A DNA stretch of 64,000 nt from contig CAYOYV010000001.1 in assembly GCA_964408285.1 (NCBI GenBank), positions 96,001-160,000 on the forward strand, read 5' to 3'. This DNA is from an uncultured Nitrososphaerota archaeon. GTDB lineage: Archaea > Thermoproteota > EX4484-205 > JAAOZO01. Under the pieces are notes generated by a model that did not search any database, was not told the DNA's origin, and saw nothing but the letters and a program-made list of their open reading frames with translations. Position 1 is the stretch's first letter, and every line of letters begins with the position of its first letter. Made by a program: the position numbers and the translations under genes. Shown here in pieces: positions 1 through 10,422 of this stretch.

Positions 1-538
1 AGATTGCGTAGGCTTTCCAGGCGATCTTGCCCCGAGCGGATGGAAGTTTGATGCTTCGAGGGTTGGTGGAGGCGTCGTAATAGACTCTGGTATCCATTAT
101 GTTGACACAATGAGATGGCTTGTTGGCGAGGTCTCAAGCGTTACTGCGTTCTTGAACAGACTGATCAGGAAGGAAATATCAGGTGAAGACACAGGATGCT
201 TGCTCTTCAAGCATGCCGGAGGAGCCATAAGCGTCCTCACACTGACGTGGGCAGCAAGAAGGCCAATGGACGAGCACCTGTTCAAGCTGTATGGCTCTAT
301 GGGCACAATCGTCAACGCAGAAGCTGGCGTGCTAGTTCTAGCAGGGGACAAACCCGATGAGATCTCGAAGATAGAGGTAGAACCTAGGGACAGCTTCAGT
401 GCAGAGATAGAACACATTGCGGATTGCATTGTCGAGGGAAGGCATCCTCTCGTGGATGGCCCAGAGGCCAGAAGGGATCTAGAGCTCGTACTTGCTGCTT
501 ATACGTCAGCGAAGACTGGAGAAACCGTAAACGTTTGA
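1..538 (+). CDS. Gfo/Idh/MocA family oxidoreductase, 5'-truncated by window edge
   Basis: Frame is open from base 2 and reads WKFDASRVGGGVVIDSGIHYVDTMRW; C-terminus DGPEARRDLELVLAAY is typical of the family. Confidence 0.85.
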   Translation, partial: DCVGFPGDLAPSGWKFDASRVGGGVVIDSGIHYVDTMRWLVGEVSSVTAFLNRLIRKEISGEDTGCLLFKHAGGAISVLTLTWAARRPMDEHLFKLYGSMGTIVNAEAGVLVLAGDKPDEISKIEVEPRDSFSAEIEHIADCIVEGRHPLVDGPEARRDLELVLAAYTSAKTGETVNV

Positions 539-706
539 AGCGCGGGGTGATTCAGGATTTCAGGGTAAAAGGAGTTTCTGGACCTTCCAGTTACATATGT
601 CCTAGCCGCATCCACAGTCAGGCCTAGGCCAGCTAACAATCCTACATTGACTTTGGTAGGAGCGGGAAGATCCTGCCGATCTCGCACTCAAATCTGGTCT
701 GGAGAC

Positions 707-1698
707 CTACAGAAACACTGCAGCCCTCGTACTTGAGGAAGCATATACTGCATAGGCCATCTCTACGGCCTGAGACCGTCGAATCCATCTCCCATTGGTC
801 TTCTCCTTTCATCGATGGCTTCGACAAACTCTTTCAGTTCCAGCTTCCAGGACTCATCTTGCACATTACTGTAATCACAAATGGCGATTTCCCCACTCCT
901 CGTCCCGTGAGTGGTCTTCTTACAGTTCCTGTTGTCGGTATAGGGATAACCTCTGTCTCCGTAAAGTTCAATTAGCATATATCCGAACCACTCAGTCCAT
1001 GAGGACTGCACAAAAGCGATTCTGCCATCAGCGGTCTTGAACAGACCGAATCCATTGTCCTCAACGTCTATTGGCCAATAAAGGGTCTCGGCATATCCCT
1101 CGTCCTCTCTTATCTCTCCCAGAAACCATCTAGCGAGGTCCAAGACATGAACACCATTGTCCAGAAATGTGCCGCCCCCGGCCCTCTCTCTGTTCCAGAA
1201 CCAAAAGCTCAGCATGCGTTCACCCCCTCCATGGCCGGTCCTTGCCCTCATGAACAATGCCTTGCCGATGGCTCCTGACTCGAAGAGCTCTCTTGTCTTC
1301 AGGACACTTCTCAAGTGCCTGTGATTGAATCCCGTCTTCAGAATCCTTCCAGTTATCCTTGAAGCCTCGACCATCTTTCGCGCTTCCTCCGGATTCCTAG
1401 CTAGAGGCTTCTCGCAGAGAAGGTGTTTCCCATTCTCCAGACAGCCCATCGAAATAGGTGCATGAAATTTGTTAGGGGTAGATACCACCACGCAATCCAG
1501 ATCTCTCCTGGAGGCGACTGATTCATAGTCAAGAGTGAATTCACACTCGAATTCAGCTGCCCTTCTCTTAGCCAGCTCTTCGACCACATCGCACACCACG
1601 ACAAGTTTGACACTAGGATTCGTCAAGGTCGTTTTCATCCCGACCGCACCGACGCCGCCACAGCCAATGACCCCGAATCTAAGCCCTTCTCCCATCAA
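707..1698 (-). pseudogene. Gfo/Idh/MocA oxidoreductase with frameshifted C-terminus
   Basis: GVIGCGGVG, CEKP and GGGTFLDNGVH motifs. The ORF stops at 763 (DGLRP*), but one added G at 769-770 restores DGLRAVEMAYAVYASSSTRAAVFL* ending at 707. Confidence 0.7.
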
Positions 1699-1787
1699 TC
1701 ACACCCTATCTATCGCGTGCAATGTCGGAACCTATCAGTCTATGCATACTCCTGGGAACATGCCTCATCTGTCAAGTGGATTTAGTC

Positions 1788-2816
1788 TTACTCGAGGGCC
1801 AGTCCACTAGGATAAACAGAACCAAGGAACTTGACATCATTGAACCATCTTCTCGCGGAGAAGGTTGCCTCCTCGAAGGAGACTGCGAGACTGAAAGATG
1901 CCCTACTGAATGATGCCATCTTGGAGAAGGTAGTCTCCCTGAATGATGATGAACCAGAGAATCGGGTTTCGCAGAATGAGATGGGATCGGAGAACGTTGC
2001 GCCTCTGAATGAGGTATTGCGAGCGAATCTCGCCCTGTTGAAGTATGTACCCCTAGAGAATGTCGCGTTCTCGAATGACGTGTCCCCCGAGAAAGTCGCT
2101 TGTCTGAAAGATGTGACTCCAGCAAATGTCGCTCGGCTGAACGAGGCGTCAAAGGCAAACATCGTGGTGTAGAATGACAAGTTGCCCATGAAAGTCGCCC
2201 TGTCGAACCATGAAAGGTCGCAGAATGTGGCTCTGTCAAAAGAGCCGCCATTAGAAAAAGTGGCAACATCGAAGGATGTTCCACCAGAGAATGTTGTGTC
2301 TTCAAAGCTTGCATGGCCAGAGAACACGAGTCTTCTGAACCATGCCCCTTCGCAGAAAGTTGCTCCATCGAATGACACATGACGGAGGAATCCCGCTCGG
2401 ATGAAATTCGCTGTTCCCTCGAAGACTGCGTATCCAAGATTGATTGTTTTCTTGAATTGGAATCCTTGCAGGGAGAATGACGGGCCGGGGAATATGAAGC
2501 CCCGCATGTTGATCTCGCCAACATCTGGATCTTCATTGGATCCGAACATCACGCGCATGACCTGTTCGCTGAATTCATTCGCTTCCAGTGGCCCCTTTCT
2601 CGGGAGATGGAAGATGCACCAACCATCTCTTCTCTCGTTGCGAGAGCAATCTGGGTATTTGCATTTCAAAGGATATCGCCTTTCCGCGTGAATTTCGGCT
2701 GGGCCACCTTCGGCATGGGACGATGCGCCGTGCCGTTTAACGTTTTCGGTTGAATTCTCTTCAGACCTTGCTGCACTTAAGTCCAGTCTAGGTGGTCCAG
2801 CGGCTAACTCCCGCAT
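1788..2816 (-). CDS. Pentapeptide-repeat (11-residue period) beta-solenoid protein with N-terminal Cys/His cluster
   Basis: At least 15 repeats of xSFxxATFxxx; N-terminal CKYPDC...WCIFH. Start uncertain (ATG 2816 or TTG 2669). Confidence 0.8.
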   Translation of the reverse strand: MRELAAGPPRLDLSAARSEENSTENVKRHGASSHAEGGPAEIHAERRYPLKCKYPDCSRNERRDGWCIFHLPRKGPLEANEFSEQVMRVMFGSNEDPDVGEINMRGFIFPGPSFSLQGFQFKKTINLGYAVFEGTANFIRAGFLRHVSFDGATFCEGAWFRRLVFSGHASFEDTTFSGGTSFDVATFSNGGSFDRATFCDLSWFDRATFMGNLSFYTTMFAFDASFSRATFAGVTSFRQATFSGDTSFENATFSRGTYFNRARFARNTSFRGATFSDPISFCETRFSGSSSFRETTFSKMASFSRASFSLAVSFEEATFSARRWFNDVKFLGSVYPSGLALE

Positions 2817-2843
2817 ATAAACTCCGCTCTCCAAGCCAAGAGC

Positions 2844-4289
2844 ATGGAAACCAGCGAAGGCGATTCCAGGAAGGCCTCTTGTGACGAACCTAGGACTCAG
2901 GAGAAACTGCGGGCTGATATGCAGCGTCCCGGATATCATTTCCTCCCTTTAGCCAACTGGATGAACGATCCTAACGGGACGATTTTCTGGAAGGGGAAGT
3001 ACCATGTGTTCTACCAGCACAATCCGGAGGGCCCATTCTGGGGGACGATGCACTGGGGCCATACTGTGAGCGAAGATCTCGTTCATTGGAAGAATCTGCC
3101 TTTGGCCCTGTCGCCTACATCGAGTGGCCCGGACAATGAAGGGTGCTGGAGCGGCTGCGCTGTCATAAACAAAGGCATTCCGACAATAGTCTACACAGGT
3201 GTCCGACCTGAGGTGCAATGTATTGCAACGAGCTCGGATGATATGGTGACTTGGCACAAATACAGTGGGAACCCTGTCCTCGGAGGACCTCCAGAGGGCT
3301 TGGAAGTCGACGGCTTTCGGGATCCCTGCGTTTGGAATGAGAATGACCGTTGGTGCATGATATTGGGTTCCGGCATGAGAGGGGTCAGAGGAGCTACCTT
3401 GCTCTACGAGTCAAGGGATCTAATCAACTGGAGATATATTCATCCTCTCTGCATTGGCGATGGAAACGTAACTGGCGATATGTGGGAATGCCCTGATTTC
3501 TTTCCATTAAATAAGAAGCACGTTCTTCTCGTGTCAACCCTCGGAAGAACACTGTATTTCATCGGCAGATATCATGACAACAATTTCACCACAGAGGCGC
3601 GGGGGACAACTGACATTGGGGACAGCTTCTATGCTGGTAGGACGTTGACCGATGGAATGGGTCGCCGAATCCTTTTCGGTTGGGTAAAAGAGGACAGAGA
3701 TCCCATTTCATGCAAGATCTCAGGCTGGGCAGGGCTGTTGTCTGTTCCCCGGATTCTATCGCTCTGCAATGGTAGCCGACTCCGCATAGAGCCGGCTACC
3801 GAACTGAAATCCCTCCGCGGAAGACACCAGAGATATGAGGACATCCGCCTGGCAGCTGGGTCATCCTTCCCGCTAGACGGTTTGGAAGGAGATGCCCTCG
3901 AAATCTCCGCTGAATTCTCTGCTGAGGACGCACAGCAATTTGGCCTGAAGCTGCGCTGCTCCCCAGATGATTCAGAGAAGACTTTCATTGCCTTTGACAA
4001 GGATACAAGATCCCTCCAACTTGACACGAGATTCTCTAGTCTCGATACGAATGTTGGCCACGGAATACATGGCGGAAGGATGGACCTGTTTGAAGGGAAC
4101 ACACTGACGATGCACATCTTCATTGATCGATCAGTGATCGAGGTCTTCGCAAATTCCATGACTTGCCTCACTGGCCGCATATATCCGTCAAGACCAGACA
4201 GTATCCATATGGGACTCTTCGCGCGCAATGGTAGATCTAGACTGATCTCCCTTGATGCATGGGAGATGAGAAAGGATGGGAGCTCTTGA
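2844..4289 (+). CDS. GH32 beta-fructofuranosidase / sucrose-6-phosphate hydrolase
   Basis: WMNDPNG, WSG, FRDP and WECP motifs; C-terminal IDRSVIEVF; TATAAA about 23 bp upstream. Confidence 0.95.
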   Translation: METSEGDSRKASCDEPRTQEKLRADMQRPGYHFLPLANWMNDPNGTIFWKGKYHVFYQHNPEGPFWGTMHWGHTVSEDLVHWKNLPLALSPTSSGPDNEGCWSGCAVINKGIPTIVYTGVRPEVQCIATSSDDMVTWHKYSGNPVLGGPPEGLEVDGFRDPCVWNENDRWCMILGSGMRGVRGATLLYESRDLINWRYIHPLCIGDGNVTGDMWECPDFFPLNKKHVLLVSTLGRTLYFIGRYHDNNFTTEARGTTDIGDSFYAGRTLTDGMGRRILFGWVKEDRDPISCKISGWAGLLSVPRILSLCNGSRLRIEPATELKSLRGRHQRYEDIRLAAGSSFPLDGLEGDALEISAEFSAEDAQQFGLKLRCSPDDSEKTFIAFDKDTRSLQLDTRFSSLDTNVGHGIHGGRMDLFEGNTLTMHIFIDRSVIEVFANSMTCLTGRIYPSRPDSIHMGLFARNGRSRLISLDAWEMRKDGSS

Positions 4290-4402
4290 TGGGATTCCTT
4301 CTCAGATTCGCTTAGGGTTGTGGAGTGCATGTCCAGAACTGCCGCAAGCAGTTCGTACAGATGGCATCATCCTAAATTCGGCTTGGGACCATCGGCGTCA
4401 TC

Positions 4403-5422
4403 TCATCGCGTTGCGTTGGATAATCTGACTGGCCTTTTTGAGGTCATGGATTTATTTGCCGCAACGGTAACCTCGAGAGTTCTCAAGCCGTCTTCATACT
4501 GGCACATTATATGGGAAGGATCGTTTTTCCTGACGGCTTCGATGAAAGAGTTGTCCTCGACTTCAAATATGTTCTCCTCGCCCTTGATTTCCACTGGGTC
4601 AACACCTTTCCTTAATAGCCGCAGTGAGTGCTCCCATCCAGTGAATAGGGCGGTTGTGCTATTGGCGAATATGTTCAGACTCACTGCGCCTCCTCCACCG
4701 TTAGCAGAGCAAGATGCCCAAAGAGAAGCAACGGCTCCATTCCTGAACTTCATGCTGACAACGCTGGCATCCTCGATGCTGTATCCTTGCGGGATCGCCT
4801 TGTTCAATCCTTTTGCCGGGAAGGCGTGAACCTGAGAGACTTCTCCGGATATGAATCTCACTAGATCGACAGTATGTGTGACCTGTTCTAAGAATTGCCC
4901 CCCGCTCTTCTCCTTTCTGATCCACCAATTCCAGATGCCTCCCTTTTCGCCTGAAGGCGTTCCGCCTATCCAGCCTCCTGTCATCAATATTGGCTGATCC
5001 TGCTCAATGAGATCCCGCACTAGTTGGACGCCCTTTCTATATCGGTTCATATAACCTACGCTAGTTAGAATCTTCTTCTTCTTGATTGCTCTGGCTATCC
5101 TCTCTGCCTGCTCAAGGTGAAGGTCTATCGGCTTCTCGACGAAGAACGGAATCCCTCTCTTCGCGGCCTCCATTTCTGAACCATGAGCGTAGGGCGGAAG
5201 GCAGAAGAACACGGCATCGATCTCAAGAGTTCCGAACATCTGCTCCGCGTTACCGAATGTCTTTGCCGTGACACTATATTTCTTTGAAATCTCGTCCGCT
5301 CGTGCAAGATTGACATCGCAGAATCCGGCAAGCTCAACCTGTTCGTTCTTGACAAGCCCTTTCAGATGCGCTTCGGCTATTCCTCCACATCCGACAAAAG
5401 CTACCCTCGTCTTGTCTGCCAT
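4403..5422 (-). CDS. Gfo/Idh/MocA family oxidoreductase
   Basis: AFVGCGGIA, VEKP and SGGQFLEQVTH motifs. Confidence 0.9.
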   Translation of the reverse strand: MADKTRVAFVGCGGIAEAHLKGLVKNEQVELAGFCDVNLARADEISKKYSVTAKTFGNAEQMFGTLEIDAVFFCLPPYAHGSEMEAAKRGIPFFVEKPIDLHLEQAERIARAIKKKKILTSVGYMNRYRKGVQLVRDLIEQDQPILMTGGWIGGTPSGEKGGIWNWWIRKEKSGGQFLEQVTHTVDLVRFISGEVSQVHAFPAKGLNKAIPQGYSIEDASVVSMKFRNGAVASLWASCSANGGGGAVSLNIFANSTTALFTGWEHSLRLLRKGVDPVEIKGEENIFEVEDNSFIEAVRKNDPSHIMCQYEDGLRTLEVTVAANKSMTSKRPVRLSNATR

Positions 5423-5466
5423 ACGAAACCGGTGTGCCAGCGCTCATTTAAGACTTCAATGACGCT

Positions 5467-6498
5467 CTAGTCGTAACTGATTCCGAGCTTGATTGTCCTT
5501 CCTGGTTCCTCGGAGATCATTCTGTATCCTTCGACGACTTGATCGAATTTGACAATCGGATCGAGCATTTCCTGTGCGCTCAGCTGCCTCCGTCTGAACA
5601 ACTGCAGCACAGTCTGATAGATTCTTTCCCTGTTCCACCTGGGGTGCTCCCTATATGGCTCGCTTTCAACCCTGGCACCTGAGACCAGAGTTTGCCGGTT
5701 GAAGTGCCATTCTTCAGCTAGATCTAATCCTCGCGGCTCCCCGTGATACCATGAGACGGGCACAACTGTGCCTCCGTATCTTGTTGCTCTTATGGCTTGA
5801 TGTAGTGCTTGATAGTCGCCACTTGTGTCAATCGCGATGTCGACTCCCTCCCCGTTGGCCAATCTCCTTGTTTCAATGCCTACATCGCATATTCTTGGGT
5901 CAAGAACGGCGTCTGCTCCATGCTTCTTACCCAGACTTCTCCTTTTCTCTATTGGCTCGAATCCGATTACCAACATGGAACCGGAGAGCTTCGCGAGCTG
6001 AACTGCCATGAGACCAATCGCGCCCAGCCCGAAGACCGCTACATTGTCCCCGATTCTTGCGTTGCCCTCTCTCACGGCCATCAACGCAACCGTAGCGGGA
6101 TCTATGCAGACCAGCTCCTCATCAGTCATCTCTGCCGGAGCAATCTCAACTCGATCCTCGCTGATCAGGTGCGTCTCCCTTGCAGGAAGATAGCCATAGA
6201 CGCGTTCTCCGATTTTGATCTTTGTAACCTTCTCGCCAACTGCAGCTACAACCCCCACTGTCATATTTCCTACATGCATCGGAAAAGGGTTCGTTTCTTT
6301 CTCGACGAAGAGCCTCGACTTGGCATCATATGCCTTCCTCTGGAATGGCGAAATGCCTCCATAGAATGCAAGGGCAGTGCCATGCTTCTCGGCCGTTAGC
6401 CGGCTCCTCAGGAGAATCTCATTCGCTCTCAACGGGCGATCTTCGTAATTCCTCATTTCAAGATGATTCGGTGAAGTAGCTACGACCTCTCTCGGCAT
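5467..6498 (-). CDS. MDR-superfamily (zinc-binding-type) sugar/alcohol dehydrogenase
   Basis: GroES-like N-domain and VFGLGAIG Rossmann motif; canonical catalytic and structural Zn cysteines absent. Confidence 0.8.
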   Translation of the reverse strand: MPREVVATSPNHLEMRNYEDRPLRANEILLRSRLTAEKHGTALAFYGGISPFQRKAYDAKSRLFVEKETNPFPMHVGNMTVGVVAAVGEKVTKIKIGERVYGYLPARETHLISEDRVEIAPAEMTDEELVCIDPATVALMAVREGNARIGDNVAVFGLGAIGLMAVQLAKLSGSMLVIGFEPIEKRRSLGKKHGADAVLDPRICDVGIETRRLANGEGVDIAIDTSGDYQALHQAIRATRYGGTVVPVSWYHGEPRGLDLAEEWHFNRQTLVSGARVESEPYREHPRWNRERIYQTVLQLFRRRQLSAQEMLDPIVKFDQVVEGYRMISEEPGRTIKLGISYD

Positions 6499-6573
6499 GA
6501 AGCAGCGACTGCGCTTCGGGGATTTAAGCCTCTCGATTGTCTGCCGTGACGCTCATGAGAAGTAGCTCCTCGG

Positions 6574-7374
6574 CTATCTTTTTGACTCATTCGAGATACT
6601 GGCACATCCTGAGATGAAATCAGAGAACCCTATCGTATCTCCATAGTGCGTCTCGACGAACCTCGTTGCCCACCTTGTGGCAATCTTGTCCTCGCCCCAA
6701 TCTGGCATTTCTATTCCGAGAGTTCCTTCTCGCATGAGTAGGACACGATATCCTAACTCTGACATTGGAGCCATTGCTCCTGGAGCATTCAGCAGGCACA
6801 TGTCGGCTGCAAAGCCTGAATAGATGATGTTCACGATTCCTCTCTTTCTTAGGACGTGGTCCAATTGCATTGTGGAATATATTACTGGCTCTCCCATCAT
6901 AGGTGCCAGGTCCTTCGGAAAATCGAGATTATTCAGCGGGGACATCGTGGCATAATCCTTCCCATGATTTCTCTCAAGGATGCTCTCCCGGTAGCCCACA
7001 ATTGCGGGCTTGACGGAATGTGAAATCGGGACAGCTGTCTCACCCTCGAGTATGACGAGATTCTGCGGATATTTCTTGGCAATGGACTCTGTTTGGACAT
7101 GACAAACAAGAATTCTTGCCCTGCGAGCTGCGTCCAAGGCCGGGCGAATGAAGTCCCTCTCTATGCGGTGAGCCTCTTCATGGGTCTGCTTGAATCCCAT
7201 GTCGACCCAATACTCATCTTTCAGGGGATTCTCTGGGCAACCGACATTCCAGCAATGCACCGATGCGAAGGCCGTTCCGTCGGCGTCAAGTTGGAGGGCC
7301 TCTTCCTCATACCCGGGTTTCGCCATCGGGATTGTTCGATAATATCGTCCATTCAGCCTAAGGATTCTTGGCAT
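6574..7374 (-). CDS. Isochorismatase-like cysteine hydrolase
   Basis: GIVNIIYSGFAADMCL catalytic-Cys motif; GYRVLLMREGT. Confidence 0.75.
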   Translation of the reverse strand: MPRILRLNGRYYRTIPMAKPGYEEEALQLDADGTAFASVHCWNVGCPENPLKDEYWVDMGFKQTHEEAHRIERDFIRPALDAARRARILVCHVQTESIAKKYPQNLVILEGETAVPISHSVKPAIVGYRESILERNHGKDYATMSPLNNLDFPKDLAPMMGEPVIYSTMQLDHVLRKRGIVNIIYSGFAADMCLLNAPGAMAPMSELGYRVLLMREGTLGIEMPDWGEDKIATRWATRFVETHYGDTIGFSDFISGCASISNESKR

Positions 7375-7503
7375 CTGATCTCGTTTTTCGATTCAAGCAC
7401 ATCAGCCATTTAAGCGTTGGGATCCGATTCACATGGAACTAATCGCTGTTCTATATATGCCCGACTAGCTAATCTTATAAGAACGGCATCGATACCGAAA
7501 CCC

Positions 7504-8796
7504 ATGGATTCACTTGCCATCGAAGGAGCAGAACCAATCCGTGGTCCAAAGAATCCCTTGCCGGATCCATGGCCTCGTGAAGTGGGACCCAATGCCCTTA
7601 CCTATCTAGAAGAATGGGTGAGAAGCGGCAATACAGCTGATCTGCTCGGGAGATTCGATGAAGCATTCGCTCGGCTTAACGGCGCGAGGTACGCCATTTC
7701 AGTGGCGAATTGCACAGTCGCTTGCCACACTGCGATCTCAGCCGTTGGGGTTGGCCCAGGAGATGAGGTCATAGTCAGTCCAATCTCTGACTATGGTACC
7801 CTTTATGGCATCATAGCCCAACGTGCTATCCCGGTCTTTTCGGATGTGAATCCTTTGAACGGGAATGTGACAGCCGAGGATGTGAAGAGGAGGATAACCT
7901 CGAAGACGCGGGCCCTTATTCTCACTCATTGGGCTGGCATAACCATTGATATGGACCCTATCATGGAGATCTCAAGCTCGTACAACCTTCCGGTGATCGA
8001 AGACTGCTGCCAAGCGCCTTTGGCGAAATATAGGAATAGCAATGCAGGCACGATCGGCTCCTTGGGCTGCTTCAGCTTCGACAATGAGAAACATATCTCG
8101 TGCGGGACCGGTGGCGCCCTGATCACAGATGAGGAGGTCTACGCAAAGAGGGCATCCAATTTCGCTGAAGCCCGTGGTTCCTTCGTCGAAGATCCTCTCT
8201 ACGGGAGACGTCACAAGATACTAGGCTGCAATTATCGATTCGATGGGCTGCGGGCAGCAGAATGCCTTGCTCAGATAGAGATTCTGCCAGTTCAGGTTGC
8301 AAGGAGAAGATACCTCGGAGCCAAGCTCAACAAGTTGCTTTCCGAAATTGAGGGCATTAGGCCCTGCCCGATTCCAGCCGATGGAGATGCCGTCTACTGG
8401 ATCTTCCCATTCATCGTTGAGACAGAGGCTCTATGTGTCGATTTGGACACGTTTGCAGCTGCGCTGAATGCAGAAGGATTAGCAGCAAGCTCAGGCAGAT
8501 ACTACCTGATTCCAGATAGCCACGATCTACTGAATGATCTAAGACACACTTACTCCATTGGAGACAGGCCTGGCGGGAATCGAGACACTTACTTTGATAG
8601 GGAATATTCAGCGGGCATGACGCCAAAGGCAAAGTGGTATGTAGACCATATGCTCAGGTGGACTTTCACGGAAAAGTACAGCGATAGCGATGTGGAAGAT
8701 ATAGCGACGATAATATCGAAAGTGGCGAATCGTTATAGGAGAAAGACTCTTCATATCAGCCGGCCAAATCGAGGACTAATGAACCCAGAAATGTAG
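7504..8796 (+). CDS. DegT/DnrJ/EryC1/StrS PLP-dependent sugar aminotransferase
   Basis: GPGDEVIV, VIEDCCQA, FSFDNEKHI (PLP lysine) and GCNYR; start chosen at MDSLAIEG. Confidence 0.9.
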   Translation: MDSLAIEGAEPIRGPKNPLPDPWPREVGPNALTYLEEWVRSGNTADLLGRFDEAFARLNGARYAISVANCTVACHTAISAVGVGPGDEVIVSPISDYGTLYGIIAQRAIPVFSDVNPLNGNVTAEDVKRRITSKTRALILTHWAGITIDMDPIMEISSSYNLPVIEDCCQAPLAKYRNSNAGTIGSLGCFSFDNEKHISCGTGGALITDEEVYAKRASNFAEARGSFVEDPLYGRRHKILGCNYRFDGLRAAECLAQIEILPVQVARRRYLGAKLNKLLSEIEGIRPCPIPADGDAVYWIFPFIVETEALCVDLDTFAAALNAEGLAASSGRYYLIPDSHDLLNDLRHTYSIGDRPGGNRDTYFDREYSAGMTPKAKWYVDHMLRWTFTEKYSDSDVEDIATIISKVANRYRRKTLHISRPNRGLMNPEM

Positions 8797-8797
8797 C

Positions 8798-9718
8798 TCA
8801 AGTCACAATGAACTTCAATGCATCCCTCAGCGTGCAGATCGCGACTTTTTCTGGCTTGCTGAATGCGGCCTCTAGCAATGCTGGAAGCATCGTATTGGCT
8901 CGATCATGAAGATAATGGCTGTAGGGATGCCAACACAAAGTCCATAGAAGGCGATTCTCGTATGCATGATCCAAACAGGCGAGGTTGACTTCAATCCATT
9001 TCTTGAGAGCATCAGGATGAGTCCAAGGACAACTCCAATCGTAAGGAACTGGACGATGACCCTTTTCCAACCTCCATGATCTATATGCGGCTGGGTCGAT
9101 CAGCTTATAGTCATCAAACCAGATCCTGTCCGTCCATCCCTGGAATGGAATCTCAACCAAGCCAGACGGATACACAAGAGGAAGATTCCGCGATGGTGTG
9201 CTCGAGAAGTAGCTCCAATCATTCCTGTGGATCAGTGAGGTATCGTATTCGCCGCTGACGAATCTATAGCTGTTCGCGAGTATCACGTTCTGATTCTCTA
9301 TGTCCAATGCACCATTGGGATATCCGCCCGGGCCCCTCAAGAGCTTTGACCCAATCCCAAGTCTTTCTCGGAAGAGCTCATTTGCCATCTTCAAGTCATG
9401 ATCAAGTTGAACCGAGGAGGTCTCTGCCAGATTGACGTGATTGTAGGTGTGACAATCGATGGCATGCCCTCTTGCCATGATCTCTCGTAGGTGTGAGACT
9501 ACCTCGTCGACTTCAAGACCATTCGCTATCTGAAAGAATTGGAGATGAACGCCATGCGCTTCCGCTGTGTCACACAGCATGTCCATGTAGTCCCTAAGAA
9601 AGGGCGGAGTCCTCCCATGGCATACACCATCCGGGGCATATCCTCCTGCTGTGTCGGTGTCATAGGTTATGGCGACAGCACATCTCACGTTGCTTGGCAG
9701 CTTCATCCTAGCCGGCAT
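8798..9718 (-). CDS. Polysaccharide deacetylase (CE4/NodB-like)
   Basis: ITYDTD, HAIDCHTYNH, LRGPGG and WHP motifs. Confidence 0.85.
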   Translation of the reverse strand: MPARMKLPSNVRCAVAITYDTDTAGGYAPDGVCHGRTPPFLRDYMDMLCDTAEAHGVHLQFFQIANGLEVDEVVSHLREIMARGHAIDCHTYNHVNLAETSSVQLDHDLKMANELFRERLGIGSKLLRGPGGYPNGALDIENQNVILANSYRFVSGEYDTSLIHRNDWSYFSSTPSRNLPLVYPSGLVEIPFQGWTDRIWFDDYKLIDPAAYRSWRLEKGHRPVPYDWSCPWTHPDALKKWIEVNLACLDHAYENRLLWTLCWHPYSHYLHDRANTMLPALLEAAFSKPEKVAICTLRDALKFIVT

Positions 9719-9902
9719 TGGAGCGACATGCTGAAACTGAGCACGATGATAACCCTTACTGTTTCACCGTTCGGGGTCTGTCTTCTCAATGATAGAGATA
9801 AGGGAGCGTGCGCGAGCTCCAGCTCAGATGAGTTGTCTGAGTGTATTTTGCCTGAAGAATCTTCTTAGAACATCGCGTGCGACGGAGGCCAATGACCAGA
9901 AA

Positions 9903-10421
9903 TCATGGCCCTTTGAGCAACTTCTCTTCGAACTCAACAAACTCCTTGTGCCTTTCTTCAATTGTATGAAGAGACTTCTGTATCCTCTGATGTTCCTTCT
10001 CCAGCTCCTCCGGTATTGGCAACTGAGCCTTCGCATAATAATCATAGATTGCTTCATGGAGGGCATCAACGGCAAGTAGGGAGCAATGTAGCTTTATTTG
10101 GGGTAGTGGCTTCCCCAATTTCTGCACCAGATCATCTTTGGTAATCGCTGCGGCTTCCTCTATCGTCCTGCCCTTGACCATGGTCGTCAGCATACTACTG
10201 TTGCTTATCGCCACAATGCAGCCAAATGTCTCGAACTTGATGTCCTTGATGACCTTCAGCCCTTTCTTGCTCAGACCGACATTGAGATACAACTTCATGA
10301 GATCGCCACATAGCAGATTGCCAGCCTTCCCAATGCCATTTGCTTTTCTTATTCTGCCTACATTCCTTGGATTTCTAAAATGATTGACTATCTCCTTGGA
10401 GTACATAGAAGGGGGTTGCAT
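9903..10421 (-). CDS. iscU: Fe-S cluster scaffold IscU/NifU-N
   Basis: HFRNPRNVG, CGD, FGC and KLHCS motifs; directly downstream of iscS. Confidence 0.93.
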   Translation of the reverse strand: MQPPSMYSKEIVNHFRNPRNVGRIRKANGIGKAGNLLCGDLMKLYLNVGLSKKGLKVIKDIKFETFGCIVAISNSSMLTTMVKGRTIEEAAAITKDDLVQKLGKPLPQIKLHCSLLAVDALHEAIYDYYAKAQLPIPEELEKEHQRIQKSLHTIEERHKEFVEFEEKLLKGP

Positions 10422-10422
10422 C

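Noticed and set aside
1772-2536. 254-aa overlapping ORF; possible CRISPR or tandem DNA repeat
   Set aside because: By-product of the 11-codon protein repeat; the units are not identical and have no spacers
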